A stretch of DNA of 64,000 nt, from NCBI RefSeq assembly GCF_006345805.1, contig NC_043013.1, positions 14,260,001-14,324,000 on the forward strand, read 5' to 3'. Positions 1 through 12,354 of this stretch are shown here, piece after piece (the first letter of the stretch is position 1; the number at the start of each line of letters is the position of its first letter). The stretch comes from Octopus sinensis. Taxonomy: Eukaryota. A program made the position numbers and the translations under genes. The notes under the pieces are model-generated. The model did no database searches. It saw nothing but the letters and a program-made list of their open reading frames with translations, and was not told the DNA's origin.

Positions 1-72
1 CTTCGAATCCCATTATAAGAGTAAACCGTGTTCTACGTGACACATTCAACCAGTATCCGAAGGTTCAAACTG

Positions 73-301
73 TTTACTCTCTACTCTTTACTCTTTTATT
101 TGTTTCAGTCATTTGACTGCGCCCATGCTGGAGCACCGCCTTTAATCGAGCAACTCGACCCCGGAACTTATTCTTTGTAAGCCCAGTACTTATTCTATCG
201 GTCTCTTTTGCCGAACCGCTAAGTGACGGGGACATAAACACACCAGCATCGGTTGTCAAGCAATGCTAGGGGGACAAACATAGACACAAACACACACGCA
301 C

Positions 302-352
<51 letters not shown>

Positions 353-518
353 TACGACGGGCGTCTTTCAGTGTCCGTCTACCAAATTCACTCACAAGGC
401 TTTGGTCGGCCTGAGGCTATAGAAGAAGACACTTGCCGAAGGTGCCACGCAGTGGCACTGAATCCGGAACCATGTGGCTGGTAATCAAGCTACTTACCAC
501 ACAGCCACTCCTGCGCCT
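73..518 (-). mobile_element. SINE-A (tRNA head, central microsatellite, AAGAGT tail); duplicate at 10701-11148
   Basis: Head AGGCGCAGGAGTGGCTGTGTGGTAAG..GGTTCCGGGTTCAG; about 18 copies in the window. Confidence 0.85.
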
Positions 519-1569
519 GTTTAGTTAAAATAAAATTAATTAAAAAACCTGTGACTGTAATTGAAAAGATCCAACTATTGAAATGTGAAGCTAACGGTTT
601 AAGAAATGCTCTTAATTACAATTTTTATGAATAGAATTAACCTAGTGAAATCATAAATCCAGCTATCTGAGTCAATGAGTCCCCAAAATATATGAAATGA
701 AAAATATGTAAAAACACTAACACACAGAAAAAACACAGAAAATATGTAATTTACTAAGACACAGAAAAGTTAAAACAAAACACCCGGGGTGAAAAGAATC
801 TCGTGGTGTGAAGAATCAAATGTGAAAAATGAACATAGAACAAATTGCGGCACAGACAATGAACCACAACACAGCATGCGGTTGTCATGGTAACAAGTCG
901 CTAATGCCACGTCGTCTGTTGATTAGCTAGAATTACCGAAATTTCCCAACTAAAATACCAAATAACATCAGATTCTTTAATTTACAAGATAAAGTAATTG
1001 GTTGATTGTCATCAAAATTCAGATTTGCATAGATACACCAAAATTGAGAGTAATCTGAGCAAAATTGAAGGGGCTTCATTTTGTGAATGAAATAGACTAA
1101 GTCCCAAAACCTATGTACTTTAAACTTTTTTTTTTGTTTTTCTATTATCTACTGAGGAGTACAAGTATGACTATTACGATTTTCTATTTATGAATATCTG
1201 AGTCCATTTGTATGAAACAATTGTGTAGTATTATGAAAAATAAAAGCTACAATCCATTTTAACATCTAATCTCCTCTCTTCCATTGCATAAAGACGAATG
1301 AAATTGTTGAACTTTGTTTAATAAATTAAGCCATATACTTTATACATATATATATATATATCTACATGATTATCCTGCCTTTACCTAAACATTATGTATC
1401 TGATATCTTCTTGTTCAATGGAGTCTTCGATGGCATCATTTTGAAGACAGTTGGGTATGATTGATCGAAGGGAAATTTCAAGCGCGCGCGCACACAGATG
1501 CACACACTCTGTCTGTCTGTCTCTCTCTGTCTGTCTCTCTCTCTGTCTCTGTCTCTGTCTCTGTCTCTG

Positions 1570-1667
<98 letters not shown>

Positions 1668-1734
1668 ACACCCAGAGGCACTAGTAAAATTATGCCGAGA
1701 CTATAATCAGAAAATATTAACTCTTCCGGCTGTG

Positions 1735-1828
1735 GCCTCGGTAGCGCAGTAGGCAGCGCGTCAGTCTCATAATCGCATACAAAAACCGAGGAATCTGAAG
1801 GTCGTGAGTTCGACCCTCACCCGGGGCA
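1735..1828 (+). tRNA. tRNA-Met-CAT: Elongator tRNA-Met(CAT) with 21-nt intron (1772-1792), M1
   Basis: Full cloverleaf GCCTCGG/CCGGGGC-A, D stem GCGC/GCGC, TCAGT-CTCATA|intron|A-TCTGA, T loop TTCGACC; T-run downstream. No initiator hallmarks. Confidence 0.95.
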
Positions 1829-2087
1829 CATTAATTTTGTTTCTTAAATTAAAATGTCAGTACCGTTTTTTTTAAAATTTTTATCATTCTGTTAAAGAAC
1901 GAAATTACCTAAAGTTGTTAACGTGGGTATCATATAAAAAGAGGATGAAATTATATGTAATTCGTCATTCATCGTTCATACTTAGTGTAATCATGTCTGC
2001 GGCCCAGCAGACCATATTCTGAAGCGTTCCAATCATGATTACCCAACTTTTTACTCCACACCTTTTATAAAATACCTTAATGTAATC

Positions 2088-2319
2088 TATTTCTTTACTA
2101 CCCACAAGGGGTTAAACACAGAGAGGACAAACAAGGACAGACAAACGGATTAAGTCGATTATATCGACCCAGTGCGTAACTGGTACTTATTTAATCGACT
2201 CCGAAAGGATGAAAGGCAAAGTTGACCCCGGAGGAATTTGAACTCAGAACGTAGCGGCAGACGAAATACCGCTAAGCATTTCGCCCGGCGTGCTAACGTT
2301 TCTGCCAACTCGCCGCCTT
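2088..2319 (-). mobile_element. SINE-B monomer (duplicate 12712-12944)
   Basis: Head AAGGCGGCGAGTTGGCAGAAACG, B-box-like GAGTTCAAATTCC, tail AGTAAAGAAATA. Confidence 0.85.
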
Positions 2320-2374
2320 GCACGTATAGCACTATTACGATCATGAAATGAGCATTAGCTTATCTCACTCTTTC

Positions 2375-2443
2375 TCACGGAACCCCTAGGAACATTTTGC
2401 GGAACACTAGTGTTGCGGGGGAACTACGGTTGAGAAACGCTGC
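2375..2443. mobile_element. hAT/Charlie-like MITE fragment (duplicate near 13000-13066)
   Basis: Ends in GGTTGAGAAACGCTG, a Charlie/MER5-like terminus. Confidence 0.45.
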
Positions 2444-2842
2444 GGTAGTGTATGACTGATTGAAGGTAATTTTCTGTTTCCTGTTGTTGGAGCGGCCCAT
2501 GTCGACTCCTCCGGTTTCAATTCTGATTTGCAAAAGAAATTTTTAGATTGGATGTTGATCGTTTTCTTACAACGACCTGAAAAAATGTTTCAATTGTCAA
2601 AGGATTTTTTTTCAAATTTCCCACACAGATGTAGTTTTGCATGCTGAAGTTGAATACCACGTTCATATTTTTTTTCAATTTTTTGTTTTCGAAGAATTAA
2701 TAATTGACAAGATAGAAGTATTGACAGTTAAATATTTTTAGCCAATGAAATGAATCCAGTGTCCTCACAACCGGAAGTGGAAACCATTTGCTGCCATAGT
2801 TGCCACGGCAACAAAGAGTGTATCATTGAAAATGCAGACAAT

Positions 2843-2903
2843 TTCCCTGTAGTGCAGCGGATACCGCACCCGACTTCCAATCCAGGGGTGGTGTTCAGGG
2901 AAG
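2843..2903 (+). pseudogene. tRNA-Arg-derived relic lacking the T arm (anticodon reads TCC)
   Basis: TTCCCTG-TA-GTGCAGCGGATACCGC-A-CCCGA-CTTCCAA-TCCAG-GGGTGGTGTT-CAGGGAA-G aligns to R1 with the T arm deleted. Confidence 0.75.
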
Positions 2904-3416
2904 ATTTACATTCGCAGACAATTTGTGTTTTTAAAATTAAAATGGCAGTACTTGTTTTTGTATTATTCTGTTACAGAAAGAGATTACCTCAAGTTGTTCT
3001 CGTGAGTATCATACAAAAGGATTATGAAATTATATGCATTCCGTGATGTATCCCTCATACCAAGTGTGATCATATCTGCTGTCCAGCAGACCATATACTT
3101 AAGCGTTCCAATCATGATCACCCAACTTTTTCTGAAGGAAAATTTAGTGGTTGCTATCTCTAGAAGTTCGTGCGGCTCATATCAAGTTGATAACATAAAA
3201 CAGCGGATATAGTAATGTTCTGTGTCTGATGCACTAAATTTCATAACAATACTTGTTTGGCAAGTGATTATAATATGCAACTTTCACTATATACATGTAT
3301 ATTTAGACGCACACGCGGGCGTATAACTACAAAAAGGAAAATAGTTCAAAACCTTTAATTACCTAACATTACGGACTTCGTGTTAAAAACTATTTAGAAA
3401 GAGTTAATTTCGTCTT

Positions 3417-3489
3417 GTCCCTGTAGCGCAGCGGATAGCGCGCTGGACTTCTAATCCAGAGGTCGTGGGTTCGAATCCCATCAGGGATG
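3417..3489 (+). tRNA. tRNA-Arg-TCT: tRNA-Arg(TCT), intron-less, R1
   Basis: 73 nt: GTCCCTG/CAGGGAT-G, CTGGA-CTTCTAA-TCCAG, GTGGG-TTCGAAT-CCCAT; T-run downstream. Confidence 0.95.
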
Positions 3490-4493
3490 ATTAGTTTTTT
3501 TACTTAAATCTTCTTTCTTTGCAGTTAAATTTATATTTAACTTTATTAAACTGTTTGCAATCTTTTCAAATATTCTTATCCGTATGAAATGTGCAAACCA
3601 ATGAACTAAACGTTTTTCCTTTGTTCTTTTCCAGATTCTAGGTATTGGACTGCGGCCATTTTGGGAACCCCTTCACAGGTTTTAATGGGTCACATCGATC
3701 GATCTAAATGGTTGTGTTCTGTCTTTTCTTTTTTTTAAAATACAGGATGATATACAAGAAAGTATATTTACATAAATATGTAATGACCATTAATTATAAT
3801 TAACTGTCATTGAATACTTCTTTATTGTAGTAATTTTGATTAACAGTTGTTTCCAGTAGTCGTGATAGGTTTACTCAATCGGTTTATCGATCAGTTGAGA
3901 AAAATCGATCGACCTAAAGAATTAATGCTACTTTCGTCAGCGTCATTTCCGGTTATGAGTTAGACATGACTCTGATGAAAATAACATCAATTCTCTGTAT
4001 TTTGTCAATGTTTTGCAGGCTCCTTGACTTGAAATCATGCATTGAAGTTGCTTTTGATGTCTTTTGGGAGGATCATGCCGCCAATAAAAACACACACACT
4101 GGTTATGTTTCACTTCAGGTTTATTACAAATAAATGAGAGGAAGAGTGAAAATGTAATACGTATTGAGGAGAAAGAGTTGCTTAAAAAGCACATTGGTAA
4201 GTCATTGATAAGGACACTGACTGTGACGCAAGAGCTTTGACAGACTAATCGATAAACCAATTGGTGGTGATGGTAGTAGAGATAGTAGTGGTGATGGTGT
4301 TGGTGGTGATGGTGGTGGTGATGGTGGTGGTGTTGGTGGTGATGGTTGTGATAGGTGATAGCAGCATTAGCGATGGTGTTGGTGGTGATGTTTGTAGTTG
4401 CACCAGTAGTAGTAGCAGGGATGGCAGTGGCAATGGTTGTAGTTGTAGTTGTTGTTGTCGTGGTGGCAGTGATGGTGATGATAGTAATAGTAG

Positions 4494-5552
4494 TGTAGCG
4501 TAGCTCGGTGGTATCCTCACTGTTTGAGAGAGATATTAGAAATGGTGTTGTACTAGATACCAGTTAACTTTGGCCGCCATTTGGACCCTGTTGTGTCTCC
4601 TGCTCTGATTGGCGCAGTTTGTATCTTGACTTAATTTCGCGCCAATGTGTAAACCAACCAATCAGAGCCTTCCAATAAGATCATGTGACACAGTCTTTTG
4701 GGTTTTCTTCTGGAGCCTCTAGAACGTTATAAAAACCCAGCGATCCAGTGAATCTAGGTCATTGGTCTCTGACCATTGACCATGCGGCAGCCGCAACAAC
4801 CGGACCAGCCAGTTCCAGCGACGAGACCAACATGCAGCAACTCAGGACCGTTCTCCATCGCCGCCATCATCTCAACCGTTGCCGTTATCTACTGTCGCCA
4901 TCACCACTTCAACGATACGTACACAACATTCGCCCAGGTTAACTTCTCTCTGTTTGTGACTACTTCACCAAGGTTAACAGTCCAAAACTACCTGCAAGAA
5001 TTCCTGTATCAAGTAACCCGGCACGGCATAATAGCCACAACCTCCACACAACACGTGTAGTAACCGGTTCTGCCTCGTGACCTCAACTTCTTGTACAGGA
5101 CTACAACTATTGTGTAACCTTACTACGAACTGGTAAATTAAGTCCATCTTGTCTGAAATACCCCGAGAGACTCATTCTAAGCTCTGTATTCTGTCTTACG
5201 CGCATACACCTTGTTTGCACTTATGTTCACTTTTGTATCGCACACACGAACAGACAGACACAAACACTTGTTGTACGCACCATTGTTGTACTTACAACGG
5301 ACACAAAGATACATATGTGCACGCACTCAGATACTACACTCTGCTAGCACCCATACACACTCTTATTGTACACATCAGTAAATAAAGTCTTTCTCTCTCA
5401 AACAGTAGAACGGTTGTGCTTTCTCCTTTATTCTTTACTGGCACTCATATTCTTTATACCACGTATTCGGCTTATTCTTTTGTAGGCAACCGTACGGCGT
5501 TTTAAAAGACACTTCTGTCACCAACTCCTTTAAGTACGATCGTTTTTTTACA
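4494..5552 (+). mobile_element. Solo LTR (~1.06 kb)
   Basis: TGTA...TACA termini; 4-bp TSD GTAG (4490-4493) / GGAG (5553-5556), with perfect GTAG in the paralogue at 14745; CCAAT boxes 4642-4676, TATAAAAA 4728, AATAAA 5381; absent from sister Arg units. Confidence 0.8.
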
Positions 5553-5741
5553 GGAGTAACAGTCGCGATAGTGGTGATGGTGGTAGTTGAAGTATAGTAA
5601 CCTTTTAGTCATTGAATGTTATTGCATCAGCCGAAAGTTGAAAGAAATTCAGACATTTTCTTTTGGTCTGTTTCGTTGTTAATCGCCAGTTCCGTCCCTC
5701 TCCGTCATTAGACGTCATTCTCCGCTGGGCCGAATAGTTTG

Positions 5742-5777
<36 letters not shown>

Positions 5778-6002
5778 CACATCATTGACTGGTTGAAATT
5801 ACCGAAATACGATAACTTAAAGAAATAACTTCCAAAATACAGAATGTCCTCAATAAAGCCAAGAGTAAAAGATGTTTTATGTGACACCTTCTACCAGTAT
5901 ACGAAGTTTGAAAGTGTTTAGTCACAAAAAAAAATATTTTAAAAATCTGTTGGTCAAAAGGTAAAGATCCAAAAACTATTTAGAAACAGCTGAATTTGTC
6001 TT

Positions 6003-6075
6003 GTCTCTGTAGCGCAGGGGATAGCGCGCTGGACTTCTAATCCAGAGGTCGTGGGTTCGAATCCCACCAGGGATG
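6003..6075 (+). tRNA. tRNA-Arg-TCT: tRNA-Arg(TCT), intron-less, R2
   Basis: Acceptor GTCTCTG/CAGGGAT; intact arms. Confidence 0.95.
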
Positions 6076-7297
6076 ATTCACCTTATTTTTTTAATTTTCT
6101 TCATTTCGGATTAAATTTTTATGAAGATTATTTTCATTCAACTTCATTTAAGTTGTTTGCAATTTTTTCAAATATTCTTATCTCTATGAGAAATGAAAAC
6201 CAATGAACTAGACTTTTTTCCTTTCTTCTTTTTCGGATTCTAGGTATTGGACAGCGGCAATGCTGGGGGTCGCCCTTCACAGATTTTAATCGATCACATC
6301 GTTCGATCTAAATCGTTGTGGTCTGTATTAAATTTTTTTTATACAAAGTGATATACAGGACAAAGCATAATTACGTAAATATGTAATGACCATTAATTAT
6401 AATTAATGGTGATACTGTCATTAATTTGACTAACAGTTGTTTCCAGTAGTCATGATAGGTTCATTGTTGACAGGTTTACTCAATCGGACTATCGATCGGT
6501 TGAGAAAAATTTGAACGACCTAAAGTATTAATGCTACTTTCGTCAGAGACATTTCTGGTTATAAGCCAGGCATGACTCTGATGAAGACCACATTAATTCT
6601 CTGTATTTTGTATTTGTTTTGCAAGCTTCTTGACGTGAAATCATGCGTTGAGGTTGATTTTGATGTCTTTTGGGAGGATCGTGCCGCCAATAAAAACACG
6701 CACACTGGTTATGTTTCACTTCAGGTTTATTACAAATAAATGAGAGGAAGAGTGAAAATGTAATACGTATTGCGGAGAAAGAGTTGCTTAAAAAGCACGT
6801 TGGTAAGTCATTGATAAGGTCACAGACTGGGACGAAAGGGCTTTGACAGACTAATCGATAAACCAATTGGTGGTGATGGTGGTGGTGGTGATGGTGTTGG
6901 TGGTGATGGTGGTGTTGGTTGTGAAAGGTGATAGCAGCATTAGCGATGGTGTTGGTGGTGATGTTTGAAGTTGTACTAGTAATAGGAAGGAGGGCAGTGG
7001 TTGTGGTTGTAGTAGTAGTATTAGTCGTGGTTGTGGTGCTGGTTTTAATAGCAGTAATAGTCGCGATAGTGGTGTTAGTGGTAGTTGAAGTATAGGTTGG
7101 TATAACCTTTTAGTCATTGAATGCTATTGCGTCAGCCGAAAGTTCAAAGAAATTCAGACATTTTCTTTCGGTAAGCTTCGTTGTTAATCGCCAGTTCCGT
7201 CCCTCTCCGTCATTAGTCGTCATCCCCCGTTGAGCTTTCGGCAGTGACGGCAACGACGACGATGGTTGCTCTGCTTCTCAAACTGTCGAATAGTTTG

Positions 7298-7333
<36 letters not shown>

Positions 7334-7492
7334 CACAATACAATTTAGATAGATGTGTAGGTCAACACACACACACACCCACATATACAGACACACGAAC
7401 ACACAACGCGCGCGCGCAGGTACACACTAACATCCGTAACCATCAGCCCATAGCTAAACTATTATCAGAAAAGTAGAAATGTTCTTTCAGTG

Positions 7493-7586
7493 GCCTCGGT
7501 AGCGCAGTAGGCAGCGCGTCAGTCTCATAATCAAGCATAAAGTTGGAGGAATCTGAAGGTCGTGAGTTCGATCCTCACCTGGGGCA
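7493..7586 (+). tRNA. tRNA-Met-CAT: Elongator tRNA-Met(CAT) with 21-nt intron (7530-7550), M2
   Basis: Same cloverleaf, G6:T67 wobble, T loop TTCGATC, intron ATCAAGCATAAAGTTGGAGGA, T-run terminator. Confidence 0.95.
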
Positions 7587-8040
7587 CATTTTTTTTTCAA
7601 TTACTCACACACATATCGTTTTGATGATTGTGTTAGAAGAAATGACCTCAAATTGTTTCCGTGGGTACCGTATAAGAGGATATATTTATTTGTATTAATA
7701 ACCCGAAGTTGAGTTTTCCTTTTCATCCTATCGGAGACGATAAAATAAGTACCAGTCGAGCACTGGAGTCAACAACATTGCCGAAATGCAATAAATTAAA
7801 CAACAAATAGCTTACAAACTACAGAATTTTCTCAAGAAAACAAAGAGAAAAAGATGTTTTATGTAACACATTCTACCAGTATACGGAGTTTAAAAGTGTT
7901 TAGTTACAAAGAAATTATTTTAAAAATCTGCCGGTCAAAGCGAAAAAATCCCACGTCACTTCTGATGATGGTGTTAAAGAAAGAAATTGCCCCAATTGTT
8001 CCCGTGGGTAGCGTGTAAGAAGATATGATTATTTGCATTA

Positions 8041-8232
8041 ATAGGAGTGGCTGTTTGGTAAGTAGCTTGCCTACCAACCACATGGTTCCGGGTTCAGTCC
8101 CAGTGCGTGGCACCTTGAGCAAGTGTCTTCTACTATAGCCTCGGGCCGACCAAGCCTTGTGAGTGGATTTGGTAGACGGAAACTGAAAGAAGCCTGTCGT
8201 ATATATGTATATATATATATATATATTATATA

Positions 8233-8321
<89 letters not shown>

Positions 8322-8537
8322 TTGTGTGTCTGTGTTTGTCCTCCCCCAACATCGCTTGGCAACCGATGCTGGTGTGTTTACGTCCCCGTGACATAGCATT
8401 TCGGCAAAAGAGGCCGATAGAATAAGTACTAGGCTTACAAAGAATAAGTCCTGGGGTCGATTTGTTCGACTAAAGACGGTGATCCAGCATGGCCACATTC
8501 AAATGACTGAAACAAGTACAAGAGTAAAAGAGTAAAG
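8041..8537 (+). mobile_element. SINE-A full length
   Basis: Same family; (TA)n(TG)n core. Confidence 0.85.
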
Positions 8538-8702
8538 AGTAATATCCAGGGTTAACTCTTCCTTTTCATCCTTTCAGGGTCGATAAAATAAATACCAGTC
8601 GGGCGCTGAGGTCTATGTAATTGTCTTACTCTCTGCCTCACCGGACATGATGACCGTGAGTCAAAATCTGAAAGCGATATTTATCCCCACTTAAATGTGG
8701 TT

Positions 8703-8872
8703 GTTCTGTTAGAACAAACTATACTGCGGTAGATATTGTGAGTGACACTCATATTGGCTTTTTGGTGCAAAATGCACTCTTGTTTATATCGCTACAGTGT
8801 ATATTGCATGCAAAGCCACTATGTGAATTTCTCTCATGGCATCTAGCGCAGTATAGTTTGTTCTAACAGAAC
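8703..8872. mobile_element. 170-bp fold-back/MITE-like element
   Basis: 32-bp terminal inverted repeats with 31/32 identity (8703-8734 vs 8841-8872); interior also imperfectly self-complementary; no TSD seen. Confidence 0.6.
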
Positions 8873-8953
8873 ATCTACGCGCGCGTGCGCACACACATGC
8901 TGCAATACTGTGCCGAGATTGTTACCATTATATATGAGCAGTGCGATCTTCTG

Positions 8954-9026
8954 CCCTCGGTAGCGCAGTAGACCGAGAGTCAGTCCTATAATCAAGTATG
9001 AAATCAAGTCATCTGAAGGATGTGAT
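8954..9026 (+). pseudogene. Decayed tRNA-Met copy (anticodon loop CC-TAT-A, 20-nt intron remnant, no B box)
   Basis: ccctcggtagcgcagtagaccgagagtcagtcctata-atcaagtatgaaatcaagtc-atctgaagg aligns to Met exon 1, intron and the start of exon 2, then similarity is lost. Confidence 0.8.
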
Positions 9027-10189
9027 ACACAGCTTGGCCAGTAAAAAACAAAAAATAATTAGGAGGTTTTAAATAGAGATACATATTGGATCTCATAGAG
9101 AGGATGTCAGATTTAATATTACTTGTATTAACACCAGCTTTCTATATTTTTTAGACTAGATTCAAATAAATGTGACTGGAAGAACGAAATTACAAATCCG
9201 AAAATAATAACTAAGAAAAAACCTAGGGGCTAGTGTTTATTCATTTAAAATATATGCATTTATTTAAGAGGAAGTAAAAGATCTGAAAATCGGCTATAAC
9301 AGTGTAGTTTTCCAGTCTAAATGCTATGAAGGTATGATGTTATGGAGAAAAAAAAAATGGAGGAAAAAGTTTTTTAGCCAATAGCGAGACAGAAATTTTC
9401 TGCGTTGAGCGTCTGTGCTCTTCATTGATTGTATGTTTTTATTATTTTTTAAAACTTGTTCTATTAATATATTTGTCTGTGTGTGTTTATTTAATGCGTA
9501 TTTCAGTATTGTGTATGCCTGTCTTGTATTTGTGGAGAAAAAGAAAGGGAGGTGGGTGCAAGGAATACAAAGCTTTAAGGAGTGGGGATTGTGCAGTTGA
9601 CGACAGTTCATGCTGTCCGTCACACACACACACACACACACACGCACATTCATATGTAAAGCTGATAGAATCCCGAATGGAAACAAGGAAAAGGGGAGGG
9701 TTTAATAAATTAATATGGAGTAGTAGGTGGGGTTGGTAATTTTATATAGGCTGTCGTTCAGATCGTCAACACAGCACCACTCTCTCCGTTCTCTCTCTCT
9801 CCATGTCTCTCTACGATTTGCTAGAAATAATAGCCAGATCTCTCTCAATGTCACGCGTAACATTATATAAGCGAGAGGACACATTGGATATGATAGAAAA
9901 AATACATACGCACATACACAGGTATGTATTCCCTATAAAAGAACTTCTGTTCTTCTCACCCACCTTTCTTATCTTTTATACTTTTCTCCCCTCCCCATCT
10001 CTCTCTTTCATGATCCGATGACGCGGAAGTTGTTGCTATTCCATTACTATCGCACACAGAAGTAACTTTATTCAATAGGATACACGTCATTGATTGGTTA
10101 AAATTACCCAAATACGACAACTTTAATATGAAATAACTTCTAAAATACAAAATTTTGTCAAAAAACGTTAAGAGTGTAGCGTGACACAA

Positions 10190-10510
10190 GAAGCCAGCGC
10201 CATTTTGTGCGAGATCTCGCTGGCAGCCATTGCCATGCCCGAGACAAGAGCGAGATCTCGCCGACAACCATGTTTGACATGTGCGAGACCACAGCGAGGC
10301 TCTCGTGGGCAACATTTATTTAAGGAGGCGTCTTAAGGTGATTCTCTCTCTTGCGTTCTCGCTCACGCTGAGCAACATTGCAAACTGGCAGCTCAAAGCA
10401 AATTCTTGTCCTGCTCTATCTTCACCCATTATCTCCAGAGGTAATGTACCTCACGTGAACGGAGCTATAACGAACTACGCGCTGCCATACGGATGGTCGC
10501 CGGGAGCGAA
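10190..10510. promoter_or_regulatory. CpG-rich element with YY1-type motif and two GCGAGATCTCGC palindromes
   Basis: CGCCATTTT 10198-10206; palindromes 10209-10220 and 10250-10261. Confidence 0.4.
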
Positions 10511-10929
10511 TCCCATGAATGAGAACTAAATATACAATCATTGAATTGCATCCGCTTGTAAGCTTCTTCTTCTTCTTCGAGTTCCAGATCCTAAGACTAC
10601 AGAAAATAACTGTAATGGGAGAAGATACCTTCGAATCCCATTATAAGAGTAAACCGTGTTCTACGTGACACATTCAACCAGTATCCGAAGGTTCAAACTG
10701 TTTACTCTCTACTCTTTACTCTTTTATTTGTTTCAGTCATTTGACTGCGCCCATGCTGGAGCACCGCCTTTAATCGAGCAACTCGACCCCGGAACTTATT
10801 CTTTGTAAGCCCAGTACTTATTCTATCGGTCTCTTTTGCCGAACCGCTAAGTGACGGGGACATAAACACACCAGCATCGGTTGTCAAGCAATGCTAGGGG
10901 GACAAACATAGACACAAACACACACGCAC

Positions 10930-10982
<53 letters not shown>

Positions 10983-12189
10983 TACGACGGGCGTCTTTCA
11001 GTGTCCGTCTACCAAATTCACTCACAAGGCTTTGGTCGGCCTGAGGCTATAGAAGAAGACACTTGCCGAAGGTGCCACGCAGTGGCACTGAACCCGGAAC
11101 CATGTGGCTGGTAATCAAGCTACTTACCACACAGCCACTCCTGCGCCTGTTTAGTTAAAATAAAATTAATTAAAAAACCTGTGACTGTAATTGAAAAGAT
11201 CCAACTATTGAAATGTGAAGCTAACGGTTTAAGAAATACTCTTAATTACAATTTTTATGAATAGAATTAACCTAGTGAAATCATAAATCCAGCTATCTGA
11301 GTCAATGAGTCCCCAAAATATATGAAATGAAAAATATGTAAAAACACTAACACACAGAAAAAACACAGAAAATATGTAATTTACTAAGACACAGAAAAGT
11401 TAAAACAAAACACCCGGGGTGAAAAGAATCTCGTGGTGTGAAGAATCAAATGTGAAAAATGAACATAGAACAAATTGCGGCACAGACAATGAACCACAAC
11501 ACAGCATGCGGTTGTCATGGTAACAAGTCGCTAATGCCACGTCGTCTGTTGATTAGCTAGAATTACCGAAATTTCCCAACTAAAATACCAAATAACATCA
11601 GATTCTTTATTTACAAGATAAAGTAATTGGTTGATTGTCATCAAAATTCAGATTTGCATAGATACACCAAAATTGAGAGTAATCTGAGCAAAATTGAAGG
11701 GGCTTCATTTTGTGAATGAAATAGACTAAGTCCCAAAACCTATGTACTTTAAACTTTTTTTTTGTTTTTCTATTATCTACTGAGGAGTACAAGTATGACT
11801 ATTACGATTTTCTATTTATGAATATCTGAGTCCATTTGTATGAAACAATTGTGTAGTATTATGAAAAATAAAAGCTACAATCCATTTTAACATCCAATCT
11901 CCTCTCTTCCATTGCATAAAGACGAATGAAATTGTTGAACTTTGTTTAATAAATTAAGCCATATACTTTATACATATATATATATATCTACATGATTATC
12001 CTGCCTTTACCTAAACATTATGTATCTGATATCTTCTTGTTCAATGGAGTCTTCGATGGCATCATTTTGAAGACAGTTGGGTATGATTGATCGAAGGGAA
12101 ATTTCAAGCGCGCGCGCACACAGATGCACACACTCTGTCTGTCTGTCTCTCTCTGTCTGTCTCTCTCTCTGTCTCTGTCTCTGTCTCTG

Positions 12190-12287
<98 letters not shown>

Positions 12288-12354
12288 ACACCCAGAGGCA
12301 CTAGTAAAATTATGCCGAGACTATAATCAGAAAATATTAACTCTTCCGGCTGTG

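Larger units (their letters stand above)
1..7770 (+). repeat. Higher-order repeat copy 1 (Met-ArgRelic-Arg-Arg-Met)
   Basis: Position 1 matches 10629 (offset 10628); near-identical through ~4130, homologous through the M2 3' flank. Confidence 0.9.

Noticed and set aside
1735-1828. Initiator tRNA-Met
   Set aside because: Lacks A1:U72 and the three anticodon-stem G:C pairs, and has T54; it is the elongator.
3943-4260. Recurring ~105-aa minus-strand ORF (MVYRLVCQS...) in Arg units
   Set aside because: Recurs only because the unit is duplicated; other copies have stops and frameshifts and no domain is recognisable.
7955-8000. CTGATGATGG as another hammerhead core
   Set aside because: No stem II or correctly placed GAAA/NUH.
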